Source: Nanobdellota archaeon
Lineage (GTDB): Archaea > Nanobdellota > Nanobdellia > Nanobdellales > Nanobdellaceae
DNA: 13,321 bases
NCBI GenBank assembly: GCA_020697515.1
Contig: JAIXNB010000009.1
Coordinates: 1 to 13,321 of the forward strand
Direction: 5' to 3'
Positions 4,448-11,899 of this stretch are shown piece by piece; the stretch's first letter is position 1, and each line of letters begins with the position of its first letter. The notes beneath the pieces are model-generated. The model saw nothing but the letters and a program-made list of their open reading frames with translations. It did not search any database and was not told where the DNA came from. Made by a program: the position numbers and the translations under genes.

Positions 4448-5128
4448 ATGAGAATCGCTGTAGTATCATTAAAAGGAGGGGTAGGGAAAACTTTTGTAGC
4501 AGTTAATCTATCTACATACTTGTATAGATATCATCAAAAAAAAGTGTTGTTGATAGATCTTAACGGAAAAGTTCCAAACACGATATTATTTGCAAAAACA
4601 AAACCCTGTTATTGGGGTGAGAGATTATTTCAGGGAATTATCGTTACTCCTTTCTTTCACCTAAAATTAGCCAATACTATAGAATATTACTACAAAAAAG
4701 ATTTAGAGATTTTAGAAAAAGTCTATGATTTTATTATATTTGATGTCCCACCTAATATAGTTAAAATAAAGAAGATTGAGCAATATGTAGATGTGATACT
4801 ATTAGTTATAAACCCTGATTTCTTATCAATATATACAAACTATAAGGTTTATAGGATTTTGAATCCAGAAAAAGTTAAATTAATCGTAAATAAATATAAT
4901 AAAGAAATAGATCTGGGGATAATAAGTGCAATATTTAAAAAGCCTGTTGGAGCCGTGATTCCATACAGCAACGATGTAATAGAGGCTGAAAAAAGGTTAT
5001 TACCAGTTGTTGTGTATAAAGAAAATTCAAAAGTTACTAAAGCATTCGATGAACTTTGTTATCTATTTACAGGAAAAAGGATAAAGAAGAGTGTTTTAGA
5101 GATAATAAAATCTCTACTTTTTATCTGA
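4448..5128 (+). CDS. ParA/MinD-family P-loop ATPase (deviant Walker A)
   Basis: Deviant Walker A SLKGGVGKTFVAVNLS, LLIDLN, Walker B FIIFDVPP, and the MinD/ParA-type C-terminal region VIPYSNDVIEAEKRLLPVV. The C-terminal tail [14 protein letters not shown] is amphipathic. Confidence 0.9.
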   Translation: MRIAVVSLKGGVGKTFVAVNLSTYLYRYHQKKVLLIDLNGKVPNTILFAKTKPCYWGERLFQGIIVTPFFHLKLANTIEYYYKKDLEILEKVYDFIIFDVPPNIVKIKKIEQYVDVILLVINPDFLSIYTNYKVYRILNPEKVKLIVNKYNKEIDLGIISAIFKKPVGAVIPYSNDVIEAEKRLLPVVVYKENSKVTKAFDELCYLFTGKRIKKSVLEIIKSLLFI

Positions 5129-6061
5129 ACTTCTTTCTTGTTTTGTTTGAATATATTTAAACAAATAATCCTTAGTATATTCTAGAATCAGTGGTCCTAA
5201 AAATATGCCTGGAAACCCCGCAATACTCAGACCCCCAAATATACCGATTAAAGCAATAGCGGGATTTATATTAGCAGTTTTACCAACTACTAGGGGTTTA
5301 AAAGCTATTTCAATTAACACTGTCACTATAAGGAATCCATATAGTAATGAAAATACTACGCCAATCAAATCTCCTTGGGAATATGCATATATAGCAACTG
5401 CTGCCCAAACTGTCCATGGTCCGAGCAATGGTAGAACCCCAAATATAAACACTAGGATTGTCAAAATAATTGCAAATTTTAGACCAAGAAATAGAAAACC
5501 GATGTAACTTAGAGCAGCTTGTAAAAACCAAAGGAAAATGTTTCCTATCACAACTCCATAAAACTTATTGAGTATATATCCTCTATCTTCTTCTGTAAAT
5601 CCTAACTTATAAAAAAAATCTGAAATCATATGAGAATATACTAAAAGATAATATGCAAGAATAGTTGATATGAAATACCCGATGATCTCTTTAGATATAT
5701 TTGATAATGTAGAGTAGGTTATATCAGCAAGATATGATATAAGTGACGGAAGAAACATTTTAATATATTTAGCGTGTGGGAAATCCCTTAATTGTTCAGG
5801 GGGATAATCCACGAGCATATATAACATCTCATAGTAAAAAGTTCCGAGTATATGTACCGTAGTGAGCGAAATCATTAATATGAATAAAGTTATTAGCACT
5901 CCAGCAGAGATATCTTTATTGTTGATAATCTTATTCAACTTAGTATAAAGAGGATACAACATCCCCGCAATGACTCCTGCAAATAATATGTATTTTAGAT
6001 ATGGGAGGATAATATAAAAAGATAGTATTAAAAAGATTAATAGGATGTATTTCCTTTTCAC
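5114..6061 (-). CDS. Polytopic membrane protein, AI-2E/PerM (UPF0118) family transporter-like
   Basis: 315 aa with about 8 hydrophobic segments. The C-terminal half, [21 protein letters not shown] ... [21 protein letters not shown], resembles the conserved AI-2E family core. It has a GTG start overlapping the upstream stop (GTGA). Confidence 0.65.
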   Translation of the reverse strand: MKRKYILLIFLILSFYIILPYLKYILFAGVIAGMLYPLYTKLNKIINNKDISAGVLITLFILMISLTTVHILGTFYYEMLYMLVDYPPEQLRDFPHAKYIKMFLPSLISYLADITYSTLSNISKEIIGYFISTILAYYLLVYSHMISDFFYKLGFTEEDRGYILNKFYGVVIGNIFLWFLQAALSYIGFLFLGLKFAIILTILVFIFGVLPLLGPWTVWAAVAIYAYSQGDLIGVVFSLLYGFLIVTVLIEIAFKPLVVGKTANINPAIALIGIFGGLSIAGFPGIFLGPLILEYTKDYLFKYIQTKQERSSDKK

Positions 6062-6828
6062 GATCTAACTACAACAATTTTTCTTCTTCTAATTACTTTA
6101 TCAGGATATACTATGATACCTTTATCTGTTATCTCAAATTCGTGTCTTCTCATGTCGTGCTTTGTTCCACGCATTTTCCATATGATTAAGGACCTTTTTA
6201 ATTCCCCATTTATTTCATCTAGATCTAACCTAATTATACCATCTACAGCGTGCTCAACGCCAGGCCCTCCAAAACCTCTTTCAGTAACTGATACTTGTGA
6301 TACGAAAAATCCTGTTATACCGTAACCAGAAAATACTTTTTTCAATTGCAAAACTATATTCCTAGCGATAGATGGTTTCGTTAAATATAATGCAGTAACA
6401 GAATCTATTACACCTCTTACAGGAGTTTTTCCTGTATTATCTTGTATCCAATGAATAGCTTCTTTAATAACATCGATCAACGTTCTAACATCGGTTGGAT
6501 CTACTACAACGAATCTTTCTCTTTCAGCTGCTCTACCAATACCTCCGGTGAAACCGTCGATTATAGCAAACATTCCTTGTTCTTCATATGGTCTTGTATC
6601 CCATCCAAAGTTGAGCATATTTTCTCTAACAGCCACGGGATGCTCCTCAAGAGTAATATAAATACCTGGCTCTCCCTTCTTCAAACCATAATATATATAT
6701 TGTTGGGAAAATATTGATTTACCAGTACCAGGTCCGCCTGATAATAAAACAATATTTCTCATTGGAATACCGCCATATAAAAGTTCGTCCATACCAGGAA
6801 TACCAGTTTCTATCCTCTTTATAGTCAT
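6058..6828 (-). CDS. KaiC-like / RecA-superfamily single-domain ATPase (COG0467 type)
   Basis: [14 protein letters not shown], Walker [12 protein letters not shown], catalytic ITLEE, Walker B VIDSVTAL, and the C-terminal [21 protein letters not shown] typical of archaeal KaiC/RadA-like paralogs. Confidence 0.9.
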   Translation of the reverse strand: MTIKRIETGIPGMDELLYGGIPMRNIVLLSGGPGTGKSIFSQQYIYYGLKKGEPGIYITLEEHPVAVRENMLNFGWDTRPYEEQGMFAIIDGFTGGIGRAAERERFVVVDPTDVRTLIDVIKEAIHWIQDNTGKTPVRGVIDSVTALYLTKPSIARNIVLQLKKVFSGYGITGFFVSQVSVTERGFGGPGVEHAVDGIIRLDLDEINGELKRSLIIWKMRGTKHDMRRHEFEITDKGIIVYPDKVIRRRKIVVVRS

Positions 6829-6864
6829 AAAAAATAAATGTGTTGAAAATTTTTATTTTATAAT

Positions 6865-7404
6865 ATGGTTAGCTTTGTAGAATTCGCAATAAACTTTCTA
6901 GAGAAAATGGGAGTCTTTTATATATTCTCACTTATACTAGTATTCACGTTAGTGTATATTTCTTCTTACCTGATACTATCTAGTATAAGAGTGGGAGATA
7001 ATCAGTTATTTAAGAGTAGAATTGCTAGTATAATATCCGCACTCCTAGCCATATCAGCAGCGTTCTTAACAGGTTATGTATACAAAGTAACTATTCTAAT
7101 AAGATATTTTGTATCATTATCAATTATAACTTTATTAGTAATATTCTTTATAATACTACTGTTTTCATTTATGAGGGGGTCATATGAGACGCTTCCTGAC
7201 AAATGGAAACAAAATGTTGCAATGGTATTAGTAGGGTTATTAATAATTTTTACTTTTATATCTTTGTATTACTCTTTTCAAGATTTCTTCAAAATGCTGA
7301 ATTTAGAGCAAGCTGTTGAAAATTGGAGACCTGAAGTTTTGATAGTTCTTTTCATATTTATATTTATGGGTATCGTTGTGTGGATTTTAGGAAAAGAAGA
7401 ATAA
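6865..7404 (+). CDS. Hypothetical integral membrane protein (about 5 TM segments)
   Basis: 179-aa ORF with an ATG about 25 nt downstream of an AT-rich TATA-like tract. It has multiple long hydrophobic stretches. No family recognised. Confidence 0.7.
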   Translation: MVSFVEFAINFLEKMGVFYIFSLILVFTLVYISSYLILSSIRVGDNQLFKSRIASIISALLAISAAFLTGYVYKVTILIRYFVSLSIITLLVIFFIILLFSFMRGSYETLPDKWKQNVAMVLVGLLIIFTFISLYYSFQDFFKMLNLEQAVENWRPEVLIVLFIFIFMGIVVWILGKEE

Positions 7405-7418
7405 CTACAAAGTAATAT

Positions 7419-8435
7419 CTATAAGTACAACTCCTTTCTTTTTTTCATGTAACTTATAATAGATGACTTCAAATCCTCATGACTTAAGAAATATTTTTTG
7501 TTAATCTCTTTTGTTATTTTATTAATAACTTTCCAGTGATCCTTTTCAAATAGATCAGTTTTAGAAAAGTACACCCAAATCTCGGTATCGAATTCTTTTT
7601 CAATATTTTTAAGAAGATCTAATTGTTCTTTTATTGTAAAACCACAAGTTTCAGTTATATCTATCACATAGATTATAAGGTGTGCTAGGTACTTTATTGC
7701 TAGCACAGCTTTCTTTTCAATAGGGTTCATAGTATCAAATGGTCTATCGAGCATACCAGGGGTATCTATAACTTGAATCTTGAAATATGGTGTATTAATA
7801 TATCCTACCATAATATCTTTTGTTGTAAATGGATATGGTTGTATACTTGGTTCCGACCCTGTTAGTTTTTTCAGTAAAGTACTCTTACCCACATTCGGGA
7901 GTCCAGCAATAACTACAGTAGGATATGCTTTGAATTTTGGAAGGCTCTCATAGGCTTTATATACATTAAATAACAATTCGAAGTGGTTGGAATTCCTTCT
8001 TAAAAAACTCGCTACTCTTCCATAAAATTCCTTCCTCAGCTGAGACATCCTTGCAGTATCCTTGGTTATTTTTATAGAGTTCTTATATCTCTTGTAAAAA
8101 TCAAGGACGAATCTTTTAACATATTTTATCCTAGTTATAGATTTCTTTATGTTCTTCCATTCGAACATAATATCTAAGAGCGATCTATAAAACTCTTGTA
8201 GGTCTTTCTCTTTTGGGATCTTTATTAAAAGCTTATCTATCTCGGATGTAACAATATTCTTTACAGTCTCTATTCTAACTAGTTCCCTTTTTTTAGCCAA
8301 ATTTATTTTGTTCGTCTCATCTTGTATAGAATTAGCATTCTCTTTTGCCCTCCTAAACGCCTTATTCAAGATATTATCAACTATTTTGTTACGTTGCATA
8401 TTTTGAATTAATGATAAAAAATTATAATTACCCAA
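7419..8435 (-). CDS. Nog1-family GTP-binding protein (archaeal NOG1/DRG-like GTPase)
   Basis: N-terminal NKAFRRA. G1 IAGLPNVGKSTLL. G2 region PFTT. G3 DTPG. G4 SKTD. The NOGCT-less archaeal form, similar to the Pyrococcus Nog1 homolog as I recall it. The track start is TTG (8435); an alternative ATG is at 8399. Confidence 0.9.
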   Translation of the reverse strand: MGNYNFLSLIQNMQRNKIVDNILNKAFRRAKENANSIQDETNKINLAKKRELVRIETVKNIVTSEIDKLLIKIPKEKDLQEFYRSLLDIMFEWKNIKKSITRIKYVKRFVLDFYKRYKNSIKITKDTARMSQLRKEFYGRVASFLRRNSNHFELLFNVYKAYESLPKFKAYPTVVIAGLPNVGKSTLLKKLTGSEPSIQPYPFTTKDIMVGYINTPYFKIQVIDTPGMLDRPFDTMNPIEKKAVLAIKYLAHLIIYVIDITETCGFTIKEQLDLLKNIEKEFDTEIWVYFSKTDLFEKDHWKVINKITKEINKKYFLSHEDLKSSIISYMKKRKELYL

Positions 8436-8511
8436 GTCTAACGTAAGAGTTGATTTAAACAGTAGGACGTTTATTCACATACTACTAAAAACTCACGACA
8501 GACAGATCTAA

Positions 8512-8561
8512 TCCGTGCATCGTTGTGTCATCATAAATCAGGCCGTCGCGGACATCTTCAT
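8512..8561 (-). ncRNA. Candidate C/D box sRNA with non-canonical terminal boxes
   Basis: Minus strand: C ATGAAGA (8561-8555), 13-nt guide TGTCCGCGACGGC, D' CTGA (8541-8538), linker TTT, C' ATGATGA (8534-8528), 12-nt guide CACAACGATGCA, D CGGA (8515-8512). A TATA-like TATTAAATATT lies about 30 nt upstream and T5 (8485-8481) lies downstream. The guides are GC-rich in an AT-rich spacer. Confidence 0.45.
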
Positions 8562-8653
8562 TATTAGGCAAACATTATCTATGTTGTGTTAATATTTAAT
8601 AATAAATAAAAAATATATCGATCCTTACAAGCTTTTATTAGATAACCCCAATA

Positions 8654-9121
8654 TTATTCAACATCCACTTTCTTCCTTCCGGAGGACTCTCCTCTCTTAG
8701 GAATCTCTATTATTAATAATCCATTCTCATATTTTGCTTTTATTTTATCAACATCTGCATCTGTTGGTAGAGTAAATGCTCTTCTAAATCCAGAGTAAGC
8801 TCTCTCTAACCTAATTATTCCTTCCTCCTCTTCTTTCCTTTCGATTTTTCTTTTAGCGATTATCTCAAGTATGTTATCATAGGTATATATCTCTATATCC
8901 TCTTTACGCAATCCTGGAAGCTCTACTTCGATAATATATTTATCGCCCTCATCAAGAATATCTACAAGGGGTACTCTGTATCCCTCAAAGAATTCCTCTG
9001 GCATACCATGCTTTTCAAATATTCTCTTAGTAAATTCTAAACTTCTCCTGACTTGTTCTTCTACTATTTCAAAAATTCTGTCTACATCAAATGGATAAAA
9101 TTTTCTTCTTCTTAACACCAT
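8654..9121 (-). CDS. hsp20: Small heat-shock protein, Hsp20/alpha-crystallin family
   Basis: 155 aa. The alpha-crystallin domain is PLVDILDEGDKYIIEVELPGLRKEDIEI ... FRRAFTLPTDADVDKIKAKYENGLLIIEIPK. Confidence 0.95.
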   Translation of the reverse strand: MVLRRRKFYPFDVDRIFEIVEEQVRRSLEFTKRIFEKHGMPEEFFEGYRVPLVDILDEGDKYIIEVELPGLRKEDIEIYTYDNILEIIAKRKIERKEEEEGIIRLERAYSGFRRAFTLPTDADVDKIKAKYENGLLIIEIPKRGESSGRKKVDVE

Positions 9122-9143
9122 TTAAATAGTATTTCTATTTAAA
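9121..9143. promoter_or_regulatory. Perfect 9-bp inverted repeat over the hsp20 TATA/start region (putative heat-shock operator)
   Basis: TTTAAATAG (9121-9129), spacer TATTT, CTATTTAAA (9135-9143). The left arm includes the T of the hsp20 start codon complement. On the minus strand it reads TTTTAAATTTAAATAGAAATACTATTTAA-ATG. Confidence 0.45.
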
Positions 9144-9322
9144 TTTAAAAATATGTAAAAATATGAATGAATACTCTGTTTTTAGATTTTCTCAATAATT
9201 ATATTTAGAAAGCATGAATATATCTTTAAAATACTCTTATTTTTATATAGAACAATCAAATCGGAGATATATATGTAAAGTTTATATATAGTTAAAAGCT
9301 GAAACAGCTAATATTAGTTTCA

Positions 9323-9928
9323 ATGAGGTACACACTAAAAGATGGGAAAACATTCGTTAGGGCTGCTAGAAAAGCTATAGAATTTTATCTAAAAAAAGGA
9401 AATATCGTTTATCCAGAAGAAATTAAAAAATATAATGAAAAAGTAGGAGTTTTTGTCACGTTAAGAACATATCCAAAAAAAGAATTGAGGGGATGTATAG
9501 GTTTTCCTAGACCAGTATATCCCTTATGGAAATCCTTAGTTCTCTCTGCTATAAGCGCAGCTACAGAAGATCCGAGATTTCCTCCAGTTAAAATAGATGA
9601 AATGAATAAAATAATAATTGAGATAAATATCTTGACAGAACCCCAACTGATAGAGGTAGAAGATCCTAGTGAATATCCTGAAAAGATAAAGATAGGGAAA
9701 GATGGTCTTATTATAGAATATGGCCCGTATTCTGGATTGTTATTACCAGAAGTTCCTGTGGAAGAAAATTGGGATGAAATTACATTCTTGAGCTATACTT
9801 GTTTAAAAGCTGGATTGCCTCCAGATTGTTGGATAAAACTTCCAGTAAAAATATATAAGTTTCAATCTGTTATTTTCAGAGAAAAAGAGCCAAATGGTGA
9901 AGTAGAGATAGTAGATCTAAATAAATGA
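9323..9928 (+). CDS. AMMECR1 domain protein (AmmeMemoRadiSam system protein A type)
   Basis: 201 aa. VFVTLRT....LRGCIGF, and SAATEDPRFPPV and GLLLPEV are hallmark AMMECR1 motifs. Confidence 0.9.
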   Translation: MRYTLKDGKTFVRAARKAIEFYLKKGNIVYPEEIKKYNEKVGVFVTLRTYPKKELRGCIGFPRPVYPLWKSLVLSAISAATEDPRFPPVKIDEMNKIIIEINILTEPQLIEVEDPSEYPEKIKIGKDGLIIEYGPYSGLLLPEVPVEENWDEITFLSYTCLKAGLPPDCWIKLPVKIYKFQSVIFREKEPNGEVEIVDLNK

Positions 9929-10786
9929 AACAATTGAAGCGTACCCCACAATCACATCTTCATCACCCATTACTTCGCCAGAGTTGTAATATTTCAGAAG
10001 CTTCACCCTAGCGTTATACTGTTTAATATACTCTATAAATACAATAATAGGGTATTTACCACATACTGTTCCATTGTAATTTTTTATTAAATCTAGAAAA
10101 CTCCTTGAGTCTTTACTTAAAATTGCTTTGATATATTGCATATCTAATCTTCTTACGTTTCTTATGGGATCTTCTCTAAAAAGAATATATCCATAGGCTT
10201 TTCCATGATGGGTAAAATCGGAAGATATTAAAACAAACACTTTCCTATTTAATTCCTTAGAAGCCTCGAGTATAACTTTTGCAAACTCTTCTGCTTTATG
10301 GATTGATATATCTTTTACTAAAATAGGAACCAACCTAAAGTTATCAGAGATATATTGAAGAAAAGGGAGTTGTACTTCTATAGAATGTTCGTATAAATGT
10401 GGTAGAGGGTCTTCTACAGCTTCAGAATTTTTAATTAAATATTTACCAAACTCTTTATCAGTTTTTACAATACCAAAAGGAGTTAACCAATCATCTGTTA
10501 TATACATAGAAAAGTTTGATCCAAGACCAGAGTGATTTGCTCCTAAAATAACTATGGTATCAAAATCCCAATTCTCATACAACTCTTTATATACCCAGGC
10601 GGCACAGGGACCTGAATAAATATATCCCGCATGAGGTACTATTCCTGCTACAAGGTTCTTATCATATTTCCTATCTTTTGGGATATAACCGGGTCCAAAT
10701 TTTTTATCCAAAAAACAAGACTCTATTAGTTTTTTTAATTCTTTAGGATTACTAGGATAAAAACCAAGTGCTACAGGGTATCTCAT
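9917..10786 (-). CDS. MEMO1-family protein (AmmeMemoRadiSam system protein B type)
   Basis: 289 aa. MRYPVALGFYPSNPKEL, GIVPHAGYIYSGPCAAW, ILGANH, EHSIEVQLPFLQ, SSDFTHHG. This is the extradiol-dioxygenase-like MEMO fold signature. Confidence 0.9.
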   Translation of the reverse strand: MRYPVALGFYPSNPKELKKLIESCFLDKKFGPGYIPKDRKYDKNLVAGIVPHAGYIYSGPCAAWVYKELYENWDFDTIVILGANHSGLGSNFSMYITDDWLTPFGIVKTDKEFGKYLIKNSEAVEDPLPHLYEHSIEVQLPFLQYISDNFRLVPILVKDISIHKAEEFAKVILEASKELNRKVFVLISSDFTHHGKAYGYILFREDPIRNVRRLDMQYIKAILSKDSRSFLDLIKNYNGTVCGKYPIIVFIEYIKQYNARVKLLKYYNSGEVMGDEDVIVGYASIVSFI

Positions 10787-10833
10787 AGTACATTAAGAAA
10801 GCCTCTAGTTAAAAAATTCAAAAAATCTTTTGT

Positions 10834-11214
10834 TTATGTAATAGTTTCTAATTTTATAGGAGAACTCTTACCTGGATATCCTAGCTTTTTGGCTATTTCT
10901 TCCCAGTTTTCTCCAAACTTCTCTTTGTACAAATTAACTATTTCTTGGGACAATATGTTATCTCTCCTTAGTTTCCAATAAGATACCGGTATCCCTGCAT
11001 TCAACATTGCTTTAACTACTTCTTCCGTTGAAGCTCCTGGTTTTATATCTAATTTCTGTTGTAAAGGCTCCAAATGGCTTATATTTACTCTCCTTCTTTT
11101 AACATCTCCATCAACTAGTACAAAGTTTTCATCAATTATATCCACAACTACACATCTTCTCCCAGCTTCTCTACCCCTCAACTTTACACAAACTCTGCCA
11201 ATTTCAATTACCAT
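10834..11214 (-). CDS. rpl14e: 50S ribosomal protein L14e with an unusual C-terminal extension
   Basis: [46 protein letters not shown] (KOW-type L14e core). At 126 aa it is longer than the ~96 aa typical of crenarchaeal L14e. Confidence 0.9.
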   Translation of the reverse strand: MVIEIGRVCVKLRGREAGRRCVVVDIIDENFVLVDGDVKRRRVNISHLEPLQQKLDIKPGASTEEVVKAMLNAGIPVSYWKLRRDNILSQEIVNLYKEKFGENWEEIAKKLGYPGKSSPIKLETIT

Positions 11215-11215
11215 C

Positions 11216-11488
11216 TTATGTTGTTGAGGAAAATGTCTTTAAAATTTCTTTTCTTATAGTCTCTTTTAGCAGCTTTTCTAGACAACTATGGCATAGATAC
11301 CCACCAAAAATTCTGGACACTCTTTTCTGAGTCTTATTGTACTTCCTTAATTTTCTTGGGTGATCCCTAACAACACCCCGCAAAGGCTTCTTACACACCG
11401 CACATTTTGGAGGATTACCTTTAGCCTTCTTGATAAGCATAGATATTCTCCCTCCAGGAGTTCTTCTAATTATAATTCTTTTACCCAT
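11216..11488 (-). CDS. rpl34e: 50S ribosomal protein L34e
   Basis: RRTPGGR....[18 protein letters not shown]..........K.QKRVSR.FGG.LC..C is the L34e zinc-ribbon pattern. The stop is 1 nt before the L14e start. Confidence 0.95.
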   Translation of the reverse strand: MGKRIIIRRTPGGRISMLIKKAKGNPPKCAVCKKPLRGVVRDHPRKLRKYNKTQKRVSRIFGGYLCHSCLEKLLKETIRKEILKTFSSTT

Positions 11489-11500
11489 TTGCTCTTTCTT

Positions 11501-11899
11501 TTAGAAAACTTTTATATATTTTTTAATAATACCCGCTACAGATGAAATAATAAAATAAAACAGTATATATGTCCCCAAAGGCCCCAGCCAATTCTTGTTC
11601 AATATAGGTATTACAAAGGGAAGAGTTATTATAGGTCCATCCGGAATCAGATGTACAACTATAAAGAGAGCACCAAATAGAACTATAGAAGAGTATATAA
11701 AATACAAGTAGACTTTTTTTTGAATATCCATAAGTTCTTTTAAAGAGCTGTCATCTAACTCTGGATTAGATTTTAGTTTATCTAATATTTCCTTACTTTT
11801 TGTGTTTATTTCTTCCAAATTTATCTTCCTTCGAAGAAGTTCTAAGGATATATAAACAAAAGTTGCTATACAAAAAATTATTATTAGTTCTATCCTCAT
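11501..11899 (-). CDS. DUF106 (COG1422) membrane protein, archaeal YidC/Oxa1/EMC3-like insertase candidate, short form
   Basis: TM1, then a charged coiled segment (EEINTKSKEILDKLKSNPELDDSSLKELMDIQKK), then two further hydrophobic segments ending LGPLGTYILFYFIISSVAGIIKK. It sits directly after secY with an ATGA overlap, which is the position DUF106 occupies in the archaeal ribosomal superoperon. Confidence 0.6.
   Translation of the reverse strand: MRIELIIIFCIATFVYISLELLRRKINLEEINTKSKEILDKLKSNPELDDSSLKELMDIQKKVYLYFIYSSIVLFGALFIVVHLIPDGPIITLPFVIPILNKNWLGPLGTYILFYFIISSVAGIIKKYIKVF

Noticed and set aside
8494-8530. CACGACA ... TCGTTGTG as a third copy of the TGTCGTT/AACGACA palindrome
   Set aside because: The arms are not reverse complements of each other in the required orientation or spacing. 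The sequence is better explained as the guide and 3' tail of the minus-strand C/D candidate.
9261-9290. AT-rich quasi-palindrome GATATATATGTAAAGTTTATATATAG as a possible archaeal dif site for XerA
   Set aside because: Alternating AT is self-complementary by nature. The element coincides with the expected TATA box of the AMMECR1 gene, 33-42 nt upstream of its ATG. I cannot recall the dif consensus well enough to support a match.
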